Assembly: GCA_963514005.1 (NCBI GenBank)
Contig: OY740781.1
Location: 179,056,001 to 179,120,000 of the forward strand
Direction: 5' to 3'
DNA: 64,000 bases
From: Raja brachyura
Lineage: Eukaryota
Part shown: positions 48,898 through 62,060 of the stretch, piece after piece
Layout of the letters: each line of letters begins with the position of its first letter
Numbering within the stretch: the first letter of the stretch is position 1
Made by a program: the position numbers and the translations under genes
Notes under the pieces: model-generated
What the model was told of the DNA's origin: nothing
Databases searched by the model: none
What the model saw: the letters and a program-made list of their open reading frames with translations, nothing else

Positions 48898-51800
48898 GGG
48901 ATTTCGAGAAGACCCCGCCAGCACGCATGCGCGACATTCTTCAAAGCAGCAGTGTGAAATCACAGATAACAACAATGACTGAAGGTAGTAAGATTTAAGA
49001 GACTCTATATACCAGTTGACCTTATGATAGAGGGTTGGGAGCGGAGGGCACGAAATCCCTCATCGTAACTCCTCATAAAATAAGGATCAAACTTCAAACT
49101 GGCAAGTTCTCATTTAATCTTACTATTTTACTTCGGAGTCACGTGAGTGACTTTGTGAAGATTTCAAAGCTCTGTGATTTCATGCCCTGGACCACGTCCA
49201 TGCTCACACACTGCCGTAATTACTGATGTAGGAAGTATGTTAACGTATTTCAGACTTGAACAAGCTGAAAAATAATAATGTATTTATTCATACAAACAAT
49301 AAACCCCACACTCAGGGATAAACGCTTTTAGGGAACAGCACTTAAAACTGATTCCGCAAACGTTGCGGGAGTGGCCATAGGTTTATTATAAAACCGCTGA
49401 AAAGTAGCTTCACTGGCCCAGACCACTGTTGCGAGGACATGATCCATGGGTACCTCCATGGTCCTCGCCACTGATGTGGATGCAGCCCTGGTAGAATGAG
49501 ATTTTAAAATGTTAGTGTCTATACCTGCTGCACCCAATACCACCCTGAGCCACCTGGAGATAGTCTGCATCGTCATCCTGTGATGTGGGTTATTATGGCT
49601 GATCAACAGACCGGTCTCCATATTCCTGATGGTATGTTTGACATTAATATAATGTCGGATATGGGTGGCTATACAGTCTTTCATCAACGGGGTATGCTGG
49701 GAATTCCAATTTTAGTCCTGCAGCCCCAGGTCTGTGCTGCTTAAGCAACTCATCGATAAAAAAAGTCACTTTATTAGGGGTCGAGACCATTCTATCCAGT
49801 TTTAGTTTCTGAAAAGTGTGAACCCGTTGTGCAGTGGTCACTGCCATTAACATCACCATTTTGAAGGTGAGTTTGTCCAGAGGTAATCCCGTCATAGGCG
49901 ACCAACTCCTGAGTAGGGTCAACACCACCCCTATATCCCAGGTGATCTTATATCGTGGTAGAGGAGGGTTGGAATTAAATGCACCCCTCATTAGTTTGAT
50001 CCCACTCCAATATTGAGATAGGATGACAACGCACTCCTGGAACTGTTTATGGCACTGCAACTGAGGCCCTCATCATAATGAAGGCCCGCGAGGATTTCCA
50101 GCACATTGGAGATCGTTGCAGAGTTGTAGGTGGTCTTGGTCCGGCTACAGAAGGCCTCCCATTTCTTGATGTGGGTGAGGTACTGCTTCCTTGTGGACTC
50201 TCTGCACGGTGCTGTTATGATGTCCATGGTTCTGGATGACATCCCGAATTCCAGTAGTGGTCTCCTCAGAACCTGCAAGCCAACAGGTTCAGATGACCAT
50301 GGCACGGATGATATTCCCCAGTTATGGGATTGGTCACCAAATTCGAGCATTTGGTAACCTGTGCCCATGGTTCCTTTATCATGTTGAGGTACCATGGTTG
50401 TGTGGGCCAGTTGGGTATTATCAGTATACCTGTTGCAGAATCTAGTTGTATTTTCTGCAATACCCAACTGATGAGGCAGAATGGGGGAAATGCGTAGAAA
50501 AACCATTTCCCCCAATGTAGTGAGAATGCGTCCATCGTCACTGCCCCAGGAACTGGTTCCCAAGAGGCATATGTTGGTATCTGATGGTTCAACCTGGACC
50601 CAAAGAGGTCGATATCTGGTGTTCCATATTTGGCTATAATTTTAGCAAATATTTGGGGGTTCAACATCCACTCGATGTTGTCATTAAATACCCGTGACCT
50701 GGTGTCCGCCACTGTATTGAGCTTACCCAGAAGATACATAGCTGATATCCAAATATTTATTTCAATACACCAGAGCCAGATTAAATTTGGCAATTCATCA
50801 CAAGATATTGACTTGATACAACCCATATGGTTCAAATATGCCACCACAGTGGTATTATCTATTTGAAGACGGACATGCGTATGATGCAGATTGGTGCAGT
50901 AAGCCCGCAGCCCATGAAATGCTCCCAGCATTTCCAAATAGTTTATACCTTGTGATTGAAGAAGAGTAGACTCATGCAAATCCCATCTGCCACCACAACT
51001 GGAAGTAGTGCCGGTAGCTCCCCAGCCCTGGGCGCTTGCGTCGGTTTGTAACACGACCGATGGGTTTGATATAATGATGTGTTTAAAACAATCACAAACA
51101 TTGCTGATCCACCATTGTAGCTCAATTTGCGCCTTGTTTGGCAGCTGCATAGGCCTGTCAAAATGTCCAGCATTTGCTTTTAATGCTCAGATTTTTGCTC
51201 TTTGCAAGTTTTGATAGTGTAATGGGCCAAATTGTGCAGCTGGAAATGTAGCTACAAGCTTTCCAATTACCTTAGCAGCATGTCTAATAGTCGGTTTCCT
51301 GGTGCAAGCAAGGCTGTTACATGCCTCTATTATGTCCGTTGCTTTGCTCCCTGGGATAGTGACAATCATATGATTGGTGTTCATTGTGAATCCCAGATAG
51401 TCCATAACCACAGAAGGGTCGAATTTAGATTTGTCTGGATGGATGACAAATCCTAGTTTCTCGAATAATGTTTTGATAGCTGTTACTCCTAATTTGGCTA
51501 ATTCCAAAGTTCTTCCCACAATTAAGATGTCATCTAGATATGCCATGACTATGTGGTTTTGTCTTTTTAGAGATGCCAAGACTGGTTTTAGAATTTTAGT
51601 AAATAACCTAGGGGCTGTTGTAAGCCCATTAGGTAGAGCTTTGTATTGCCATAGCTGCCCCATCCAGACAAATTTTAAGTATTTCCGGTGATGTTTCCGT
51701 ATAGGTACTGAATAGTATGCATCTTTTAGATCGATGCAGGCCATGAAGCACCCTCTGGAAATCAGTTGTAGCCGTTTCAAATGTCTCCATTTTGAAATGG

Positions 51801-54032
51801 GTATATTGTACAAAGGTATTCAAATGGGTTAAATCAATTATGATATGACATCAACCATTTTTTTTGGTTTTGGTAAATATGTTAGATTCAAACTCAAGAG
51901 GTTCATGTGTCGTTTTTTCTATTACCCCCTTGGCGTATAGCCTTAATAATTACGCATGTCCTTCCACTTTCTCTTTGTGAGAAAGTGCAAATTTCCGGTC
52001 AGGTACATGTTGAGTTGGGGGAAGATGTCCATTTATGAATTCCATCTCATAACCCTCAATACTTTGTAATATAAAGGAATCCAAAGTTATAGAACCCCAT
52101 GCATCCCAGAATGCACGCAATCTCCCTCCTATTTGTGAGGTTATACAAGCAGCACTCCCAAGAGAACCAGACCCCTTTACCTCCATGGTTACTGGCGGGG
52201 CTTGACGTTCTGGGCTTTTGTTGCTCGTTGTGTTGCTGGGGCGGGGGTTTGGCGCATCATCCACGCTGGTCGCTGTTGGCACTGCCCTAAAAAAGGCTTT
52301 TGCTGGTAGGGTGCGGCCGGTGGATAGGTTCTCGTTGCCCTATTGGGTTGTCCCAGAGCCCTAGTAGATACATAAGGATGGTGTATGCGATATGCCGGTG
52401 GCCTGTTTGAGGATGGTGGTTTCATTAACCCGACCGCTTTTGCCTCCTCGTCCAGGTCTTTACCTGCTTCGGCAGGTCTTCACCGAACAGCTGTCTCGGT
52501 GGCGGCGTAGCAGAAGCTTTGCACAAACCCGCAAACTTCGGGTTGAGAGTTGGCCGGATGGAGCTTTTGCGGAAACAGTTGATTTCATACTGTGTTGCAC
52601 AGCAACGCTAGTGCATCCTGCTGCTCCTCGGTCATGTCCTTCCGTCAATGGATCTGGCGAAGGCAGTAATCCCTGAGGTCAACAATTTCAGGATTTTCTG
52701 AATTTTCAACTCCTGAGACCTGATCCCGGGACTGATGTTACCCCAGATAGGCATGTTGACGGTCGGGACATTAAGTGACACACAATTCCCCGGGGCTTTG
52801 TATTTTTTTTATTGCCGCCGTAAGCACCTGTTCCTGCAGCTGGTGTGTGGTCAAGTAATTTATGCTCGCTGCTAGTTTGGGCTGAAGAGGTTGCCCTGAC
52901 TGCCCTGGTTGGGCAAATTTTGATACTACCTCCAGTAGCTCCTCTTCGGGTACGTCGGGCAACACCAGTTCTTGCGCCAACCCCTCTTCAAAGTCAGCTA
53001 ATTGCTGACTCCTAGCACTCCCCATTGATGAGGGAGAGATACTTGGTGGTGCTGCTGAGTGTCTCCTAGATCCTAGGGACACGTGCTCTTGTTGGAGGAG
53101 ATCCCGTTCGAGCAGCCGCTCCACCATACGCTCCATTCGAGCCATGCTACCGCCGCCGCTATCTGCGGACGGCAAGTCGACTTCCCCAAGTTCTGGTAAA
53201 ATACTGGGGCTTCTACCATCAGACCGCACCTCGTTGAGGTGATGTCTCGGGTACCTAGGTAGGTAGTCTCTGCCTGCCGCTCCTGCGGGGCTCATCGACA
53301 TCCGCGTGGGCTTGCCGCCAGTCTCGGTTATACGGGACTGCGACGCAAGGTCGCTGCCAGCCGTTACTGCGGGGCACACGACCGGTATGTACGACCACCG
53401 GCCTGCGATCTGGCGGACTGTGCCGGTGGTAAGTCGACGCCACCTGCTGCAGCGAGGCTAGTCGACCTCGGTGCGGTTTTCCCCCTGGTCCGCCCTCTGG
53501 TGACCTGTAACAGAGGGGAACGTGCCTTTGAAGGGGGCACAGTTTAACGCACCTTCTTCCCGCTGGCCCGGTGAAAGCGGTAGGGAGTCAGCATCTTGCC
53601 TACCCTGCTCCTGCGCGGACCTCCTACCAACATGCCGCTCACTGGCCTGCTGTGGTGGAGAGTCGGGTCGTGCCGACTGAACTGGGCTCCCCGACTTCCG
53701 CGTTCTTTTCCCGGCCCGCGGTGCGGGTACTGCCGGTGTAATGAGCGGCTCCGGGGATTGCGGCCGCTGACTCCTGTCCGAAGTCCCGCGGTCCTTGGAG
53801 GCATGCTTTGATGCCTTTCCTTTAGTTTTCTCCATCGTTCCTGTAAGCACGAAAATCCTACAGAAACTAACCAGCTCAAGGTTAGTGTAACTTACCTGAG
53901 GGCCTTTTTGAAGCGCCGGTGGAGGAGCGCACTCCCCCTCCAGCTGTCGACTGCAACTGCGAGCGACGACATGTCGCGCATGCGTGCTGGTGGGGTCTTC
54001 ACGAAGTCACTCACGTGACTCCGAAGTAAAAT
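48898..54032 (-). mobile_element. Near full-length DIRS1-type tyrosine-recombinase retrotransposon (frameshifted)
   Basis: Minus-strand ORF pieces in DIRS order: gag-like (53850-52189), RT with YLDD (51187-51813), RNase H TDAS/LE/DN/AD plus a DLF...YAFPPF methyltransferase-like tail (50266-51150), YR with HSTR and F.RFY (49328-50563). Inverted terminal repeats 48908-48937 and 53971-54000; internal region about 49124-49161 is complementary to 53996-54032. Confidence 0.95.
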
Positions 54033-55586
54033 TCAGATAAATGCGCAGCGTTGGATTGAGAACTGTAACCAGGGCAAGACCTTCACAACGAGCGGTAGTG
54101 CTCTGGGGAGTGTTATAGAGCAGAGGAATCTAGGAGCGCAAGTACATAGTTCACTGAAAACGACATTACAGGTAGATGGGGTGGTGAAGAAAGCTATTGG
54201 CAGATGGCCTTTATAAGGGGAAGAACTTAAATGGCATTGATGTGCAGAGACCTTGGATCCAAGTTTATAGCTCATTAAAAGTGGAAGCACAAGTAGATAG
54301 GGTGGGAAGGCGTATGGTATTCTTGCCTTCATTGCTAGGGGAGTTAGATCCATGAAAGGAAAGGCGCCAATCCATATTTTTCACAGATTTATTTGAGAAA
54401 CTATATATTACACGTGAAAAGCAATTGGCAGACATTTATTCTTTTAAAGCAATAGTTTGACTCAGCTATGTAAACATTAAAATGATAACATGTAATAGCT
54501 AAGGGATTACGTGTCCATATTACATATTAATCCCTTGCATGTATTAATTAAAACAATGCAGTAGCGCATAAACTATTAAATAAAGCTTAGAAATGTTCCC
54601 AGAAAAAACTAATTCCAAAAGAGTTCCTTGTATATTGCCAATTATGAAGATCGACATCACTATTAATGATTTTACAGATACTAAATAACCATCCAACCAC
54701 CCAGCGACCTTCATACTAACCCTATAGAAATATTATCCGGTGGTCTTCCAGATGCAAACAAATACAACAGAAATGATTCCTTAGAATGCCAACAAGAACA
54801 AAATTAAAAAATGAGTTGGTCCATTGCTCAGGCAGAAAAAAGTTTTAGGACTGAATATTTATTAATCTCAGTAATTTGATAAGTGCAATAAAATCCCCAT
54901 TTTCTCAGGGACAGTGCAATGACAAACTTCCTTAATTATCTATGCATTGAATTTGGTCACTGATCGCAATGCCAGAATTGGATCCTAATCCTATTTTCTC
55001 TTGTACTAAGTTGATTTGCATGGCCATTGCTCAGACAGATAAGAGTTGCTGCCTGCCTAAAGTCACTGTAGGCCAGACCAGAGAAGGAAGGTCAATTTCC
55101 TTCCAGAAAAGGATATTAATAATCCAGATAGATTTTAATACCTCTTTAGGCATATTTTTATTCAAGATTTTTTTTCAACTTTAAGTATTCAAATTTACAT
55201 TTGGACTTGAATTCATGGCTCTGGATTACTAACCGTATAAAATAAAGTAGTTCCCCAGCTCAAATTGGAAGTTAGTTACCTTATGCCATCCAAAGCAAGT
55301 TTATAGTTATCCATTCCATTTCACAGAAATACTATTACAACAAATAAAACAGTTTTAATTATTTACTGTGTTAATTATTGGATTTGGTAGTAAACTTATT
55401 TGCAATATTCAAACTGCAAAATTCCAATAAGGCATTATTAGGAACTCATTTAAGATTAGATAAATCTTAACATGTTTTGCAGGCTATAATTCATTAAAGC
55501 ATTTGCATTGCAATTGTACTTTGAGAAGCAATTAACAGGTTAAAACTTCAATACTGTCTATGGAATTCATTATTTCCAAAGGAGCA

Positions 55587-55649
55587 TTAATTATCTTCAC
55601 TGCCGCACAAGCTTAGAAGGACATTTCTGTAATCGCCTGACGTGTCACT
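55587..55649 (-). CDS. ANXA5: Annexin terminal coding exon
   Basis: Acceptor ttttcttttgcag|, [20 protein letters not shown] then TAA. Confidence 0.95.
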   Translation of the reverse strand, partial: SDTSGDYRNVLLSLCGSEDN

Positions 55650-58600
55650 CTGCAAAAGAAAAGGAATTTGTTAATGGTTGTCCGTAAAAATTGAGCTGTT
55701 GTGTACAAAAACCATTTCAACCAATCCAGGTTGAGAATAAATTCTTGTGTGGCAACATCAACAGCAGCTTGATTTAGATGCAGCTACAGTATACATAGCT
55801 GCATATCACCTTACAATATAGAGAACATAGAGCAGCACAGTCGCGATGGTCAAGTTGCTGCCTTACAGCACCAGAGACACAGGTTCGATCCTGCCTACAG
55901 GTGCTGTCTACATGGTGTTTGCATGTTTAGATTCAGCGCGGAAACAGGTTCTTCAGCCCACCGGGTCCGCGCCGACCAGCGATCCCTGCACATTAACATT
56001 ATCCTACATCCACTAGGGACAATTTTTACATTTACCACGACAATTAACCTACATACCTGCACGCCCTTGAAGTGTTCTACCCCTGTAACCACGTGGGTTT
56101 ACCTTCATGTGCTCTGCTTTCCACTCACACTCCAAAAACATACAGGTTTGTAGGTTAATTTGGCTTTGGGTAAAAATCGTCCCTCGTGTGTGTAGGATAG
56201 CGCTAGTTAACGGGGATCACTGGTCGGCACAGACTCGGTGGGTCGGAGGGCCCGTTTCCACGTTGTATCTCTAAGCCAAAAAACTAAGCTAAACCTTGAT
56301 TACTGCAGTTTCAGAGAACTCATTGTATGAGTCCATGTATAATTGGTAAGGTAGTTGATAAACATCATGGGACATCTTAGAGCGGTCCATAAACTGATTA
56401 GGCAGCCATGCAAGGCCTCAGTGTTAACTTGGGTGAGTCATACACATTCAGGAAGCAATGACTGGCCTACAACTACCATGATTCTTTTTGCAAGTGGAGA
56501 TTCTGTTCTCGATCCTCATCAACTTCAGTTTACTAGAGATCATTGGCAAATACTATCTTTCTGCTTGGGGCAAATCTCTTTTATCCTAATGATAGAATTT
56601 GGCTCTTTTATCCAAGACGGACTAGGCTGCAATGAGGAGTGCAACCTTATTAGAAATCATTCTTGATTAGTGATGTTTGAGAGAATGTTTTATTTCTACT
56701 TTACTACTGACCAAGAGCAGAATGATGAAGCAGCGATTATGCAGATAATGCTCATATTTAGAAGACAGGGCAGATTAAGTGATTTTCCACATAGTTGGGA
56801 AAATGCTAGTGTTAAACTACACTCGGATATTTAGGTCTGAAGAAGGGTCTCGACCCGAAACGTCGCCTCTCTCCTTCGATGCTGCTGCACCCGCTGAGTT
56901 TCTCCAGCCTTTTGTGTGCCCTCGAATATTTAGGTTTAGGTTCATTATTCTCACATGTACTAAGGTACAGTGAAAAACTTTGTTTTGCTATCTTTACTTA
57001 TCTTAATGCATTCATCAATTAATTGCACAGGCAAACTGCTTTGATTTCCAAGTAATTCAACATTTAAGAATGTTACGTTTTTCTTGTCCTCTCATTCCCT
57101 GTAAATAATATAGCTAATAATTAATTATATCTTTCTTCTGGGGTGGACCATAATTTAAATACATTTAAATTGTCACTTTTGTAATTGGACCTCTACCGGA
57201 GAAATGTTTTTATTGGGACAACGATTACTCATTAGTGATCATTAGTACTCATTAGTCAAAGGTGTAACAACTGCAAATGAGCCCGCAGCCCACAACAACT
57301 AAACCAGCCCTTTTGCTCATCTACACTCATCTTATTTACCTGTATTAAGACTGTATCCAACACCTTGTCGTTTATTGTGAAAATCTCTTAAAAGTACTAA
57401 CGGTATCGGATTCCTCCATCTCCTCCGGCAGCACATTCCATATATCAACCACTCTTTACATATATTTTAAAAACTTATCCTTTAATTCTCCTACCTCTCA
57501 TTAATTTTTAAATATATTTCCACATCCACTTTATGTAAAGACACATCACTGACTGATCCATTGCTCGGTGGCGCATTCTGTTTTATGGTCATACCTTGAT
57601 CATGCTTTGGAGAGTTTTTCCATAGTTGTCATAGAATGCCTTACGAATATCCATCAGGTCAACTTCACTCCTTGAAATAATAACCCTGATGAGTGTATCA
57701 TCATTGGTGCCACTTCCCTAATTACAAAAGGAAATATGTCAAAATAGTTACTTAGCTACTTTCAACAATGTTAGGTTTGACAATGCATAGGCAAATTATG
57801 GAATGTACAATATTTTTTTCTAAATATCAGTATGAACAATTAACACCTAATATGGTGTTCATCATTTGAAGAACTCCAAGCTGCAAGTTTAGCTGTAGGG
57901 CGTGATTTCTGGAACGAACATCCACAACAGGTCAGCAGCTAGACTGGCGTCAGCCTTGGACCGCTGCATAAAAGTCTGGCAGAATGATAGTAGCTTCAGG
58001 TACAATTTAGTGAGAGTTTAATTCTGGTGATGTGAATCCGGCAGTGGCATGTTCCTACTTAGCCTGTTTGGCAAGTTCACCATTTCCATATGTGCATTTA
58101 CCTGCAGCACCTGGATAAGATGTCAGGACATTCACCAATGCCTGCTGTGACCTTTATGTCAAAGACCAACTCAACCTACCAACCAGGTTCCCAAGAACAC
58201 TGTGTCTAAACTAAACATTAGCTTCAAATAAAACTCTAGTTTTACACTATTTTGGTACATGGGAAGGATAATAAAGACACCTGTGATGCAATTGTATTAA
58301 GAATTAGATACTTACAAACATTGCAAGAGAGACACAAGAGACTGCAGATGCTGGAACCTTGAGCAAAAGTGCCCGAGGAACTCAGCAGGTCAGGCAGCAT
58401 CTGTGGAGGAAAATGGACAGTGGTTTGGATCAGAAACCTCGAAACATCATCTGTCCATTTCCTTACACAGTTTCTGCCTGACCTGCTGAGTTTCTCCAGC
58501 AGAATTTTCTTTTGCCAAAAACTGTACAGAATGGTTTTTTGATCATGTTATTTTAATATTCTCTCCCAAACAACTGTTCTTGGTAACAAGCATTTCCATT

Positions 58601-60202
58601 TCGTACAAGGAAACATGTAAAAATCTGGTCATTTTTATATTTAAAAAAAACTTTAATAATAAATTAATTACATTTATTTGAAATGATTATATCAATGAAC
58701 AAACCTTCATGGCATTGTAGAGTGTTTCAGCAAAATACTCAGGAACACTTCTTATACACTTGACTGAAATGTTAAAAAAAACATAAATTGTGTATATAGA
58801 TTATTAATGCTACTTTTTGTTTTACAAAGGTTAACAAATTTAAAGGTCCACTTATAGAATTAGGTTTCCATTAATCAATTTGCACAATTATTGGCAAAGG
58901 CCTAACAACCCAATTGGCCATTACATACATGGTGAAACAACATTTAAAACATTGTTGGCTAAAGAGGAAAAGGAATAAAAATGCACAGTGCCCCCCATAA
59001 TGTTTGGGACAAAGACCCATCATTTATTTATTTGCCTCTGTACTACATAATTTGAGATTTGTAATAGGAAAAAAAAAAATCACATGTGGTTAAAGTGCAC
59101 ATTGTCAGATTTTATTAAAGGCCATTTTTATACATTTTGGTTTCACCATGTAGAAATTACAGCTGTGTTTATACAAGAACAAAGTATGGAGGAGAGAAGG
59201 AACTGCCCAAGATCCAAAGCATACCACCTCATCTGTGAAACACAGTGGTGGGGGTGTTATGTCCTGGGTATGTATGACTCCAGAAGGTACTGGCTCACTT
59301 ATCTTCACTGATGATACAACTGCTGATGGTAGTAATATCATGAATTCTGAAGTGTATAGACACATCCTATCTGCTCAAGTTCAAACAAATGTCTCAAAAC
59401 TCATTGGCCGGCGGTTCATTCTACAGCAAGACAATGATCCCAAACATACTGCTATAGCAATAAAGGAGTTTTTCAAAGCTAAAAGATGTCAATTGTTGAG
59501 TGGCTGTCAATCACTCAATCTGAACCCAATTGAGCATGCCTTTTAAATGCTGAAGAGAAAACTGAAGGGAACTAGCCCCCAAAACAGGCATAAGCTAAAT
59601 ATGGCTGCAATACAGGCCTGGCAGAGCATCACCAGAAAAGACACCCAGCAACATGGCGATGTCCATGAATCACTGGCTTCAAGCAGTCATTGCATGCAAA
59701 GGATATGCAACAAATTACTAAACATGACTACTTTCATTTACATGACATTGCTGTGTCCCAAACATTATGGTGCCCTGAAATGGGGGGGACTATGTATAAA
59801 CACTGCTGTAATTTCTGCACAGCATAACCAAAATGTATAAAAATGGCCTTTATTAAAATCTGACAATGTGCACTTAAACCACATGTGATTTTTTTTCTAT
59901 TACAAATCTCAAATTATGAAGTACAGAGGCAAATAGATAAATGGGTCTTTGTCCAAAACATAATGGAGGGCACTGTATATTGAGTTAAGAATATTGGAAG
60001 GTGGCTCAAATTGAACAAAAAAAAAATCAGTGGAGTTAATTAAGTAGCCTGGTTTATGTTACAAATTTTACACAACTATGAGAGAATATTATCTCTTCCA
60101 TCTTACCAACTGCTAGCAAAGCACTCCTCAGATTTCCAGATGTCTCAGAAGAAATGCTTTCTTCTATTTCGTAGCCTGAGATTTTCATATACTCTGTAAA
60201 AA
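55587..60202 (-). CDS. ANXA5: Annexin A5-like gene, last four coding exons (5' exons not found in this window)
   Basis: Exons of 96, 59, 123 and 63 nt give [113 protein letters not shown]. Exon sizes and motifs are typical of annexins. YM.ISG..IEE.I..ETSGNL and AETLY.AMK best match A5; paralogue identity needs phylogeny. Confidence 0.9.
56833..56868 (+). ncRNA. Minimal hammerhead-ribozyme-like motif (Penelope-derived)
   Basis: AGGT-CTGAAGA-A-GGGTC-TC-GACCC-GAAAC-GTC-GCCT: both catalytic core boxes, stem II, a GUC triplet and a short stem I. Activity is untested. Confidence 0.55.
57595..57717 (-). CDS. ANXA5: Annexin exon (123 nt, repeat 4 with GxGT loop)
   Basis: [41 protein letters not shown], donor |gtatga. 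Confidence 0.95.
58705..58763 (-). CDS. ANXA5: Annexin exon (59 nt)
   Basis: Acceptor atttcag|, [20 protein letters not shown], donor |gtttgt. Confidence 0.93.
58986..59975 (+). mobile_element. Internally deleted Tc1-like DNA transposon in an annexin intron
   Basis: About 160-bp TIRs CAGTGCCC...GGGCACTG; TA at the right end (CA at the left); transposase remnant [22 protein letters not shown]. Confidence 0.93.
60107..60202 (-). CDS. ANXA5: Annexin exon (96 nt, end of repeat 3)
   Basis: Minus-strand acceptor accttcag|, donor G|gtaaga; [32 protein letters not shown]. Confidence 0.93.
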
Positions 60203-60342
60203 CTGAAGGTGATAATATAATTAATATAATATAATATAATTAATTAGTCATCTTTTCCAATAAGCACACACATTTAATATCTAATCCTTGTTGATTTGAT
60301 TATAAAATACCCTTATAAAGCAAAGTGCTTTATTTCGTGTAA

Positions 60343-61266
60343 GTGCTGAGCCCCCTCCTCTACTCCCTCTTCACCTATGACTGAACACCTGTACATAGTA
60401 CTAACACCATCATCAAGTATGCAGATGATACAACGGTGATTGGCCTCATCAGCAACAACGATGAGACGGCCTACAGGGAGGAGGTCCAGCACTTAGCAGC
60501 ATGGTGCGCTGACAACAACCTGGCCCTTAACTCCAAGAAGACCAAGGAGCTCATTGTAGACTTCAGGAAGTCCAGGGGCGGCACGCACACCCCCATCCAC
60601 ATTAACGGTACAGAGGTGGAACGTGTTTCTAGCTTCAGGTTCTTGGGAGTCAACCTCTCTGACGACCTCTCTTGGACCCACAATACCTCAACTCTGATCA
60701 AGAAGGCTCACCAGCGTCTCTTCTTCCTGAGGAGACTGAAGAAGGTCCATCTGTCTCCTCAGATCCTGGTGAACTTCTACCGCTGCACCATCGAGAGCAT
60801 CCTTACCAACTGCATCACAGTTTGGTATGGCAACTGCTCTGTCTCCGACCGGAAGGCATTGCAGAGGGTGGTGAAAATTGCCCAACGCATCACCGGTTCC
60901 TCGCTCCCCTCCATTGAGTCTGTCCAAAGCAAGCGTTGTCTGCGGAGGGCGCTCAGCATCGCCAAGGACCTCTCTCACCCCAACCATGGACTGTTTACCC
61001 TCCTACCATCCGGGAGGCGCTACAGGTCTCTCCGTTGCCGAACCAGCAGGTCCAGGAACAGCTTCTTTCCGGCGGCTGTCACGCTACTCAACAACGTACC
61101 TCGGTGACTGCCAATCACCCCCCCCCCCCCCCCCCCCCCCCGGCACTTATTGTTATTTATTCAAATAATTTGCTGTGTCGCTCTTCCAGGGAGATGCTAA
61201 ATGCATTTTGTTGTCTCTGTACTGTACACTGACAATGACAATTAAAATTGAATCTGAATCTGAATC
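60343..61266 (+). mobile_element. Rex1/Babar-type LINE 3' fragment in an annexin intron
   Basis: KYADDTTVIGLI...KTKELIVDFR...RFLGVNLS, open to the stop at 61107; (gaatct)n tail. Confidence 0.9.
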
Positions 61267-61315
61267 TGCTGAAGAATTTAGAGTCATAGTGATACAGTGT
61301 GGAAAAGGCCCTTCA

Positions 61316-62060
61316 GCTATAAGATCACGCCTCATCCTTCTGCGCTCCAAGGAATAGAATCCCTGCCTACTCAACCTCTCCCTACAGCTTGATAACATCT
61401 TTCCTATAACATGGTGCCCAGAACTGAACACAATACTCTAAATGCGGCCTCAGCAACATCTTATACAACTGCAACATGATCTCCCAACTTCTACACTCAA
61501 TCCTCTACTGATGAAGGTCAATGTGCCAAAAGCCTTTTTGACCACCTATCTACCTGCGACTCTAACTTTAAGGAACCATGCACCTGCACTCCTAGATCCC
61601 TCTGCTCTACAACACTGCCCAGAGCCCCACCATTCACTGTGTATGTCCTGCCCATGTTAGATTGCCCAAAATGCAACATCTCACATTTCTCTTGTTCTAT
61701 CAACCACTCCTCAGCCCACCTGGCCAATCGTTCAACATCCTGCTGCAATTCTTCACAACCATCTTCACTATCTGCAACTATCACTTTTGTATCATCAGCA
61801 AACTTGCAAATCTTGCCATGTACGTTCTCAACCAAATCATTGATGTAGATGACAAACAGTAACAGGCCCAGCACCAAACCCGAGGCACACTATTAGTCCC
61901 AGGCCTCCAGTCCAAGAAGCAACCTTCCACCGTCACCCTCTGTTTCCTTCCATTAAGCCAATTTCCTATCCATTCAACTATCTCTCCTTGGATCCCATGC
62001 GATCTAACCTTCCAGAGCAGCCTACCATGCGGGAATCTTGTTGATTGCTTTGCTAAATTC
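61316..62060 (-). mobile_element. CR1 LINE fragment
   Basis: LLFVIYINDL...KFADDTKV in ORF 61518-61877. Confidence 0.85.

Noticed and set aside
55587-60202. Calling the annexin ANXA3 from human proximity to CXCL13
   Set aside because: The 96-nt and 59-nt exons match A5-type residues better; A5 was kept, pending phylogeny.
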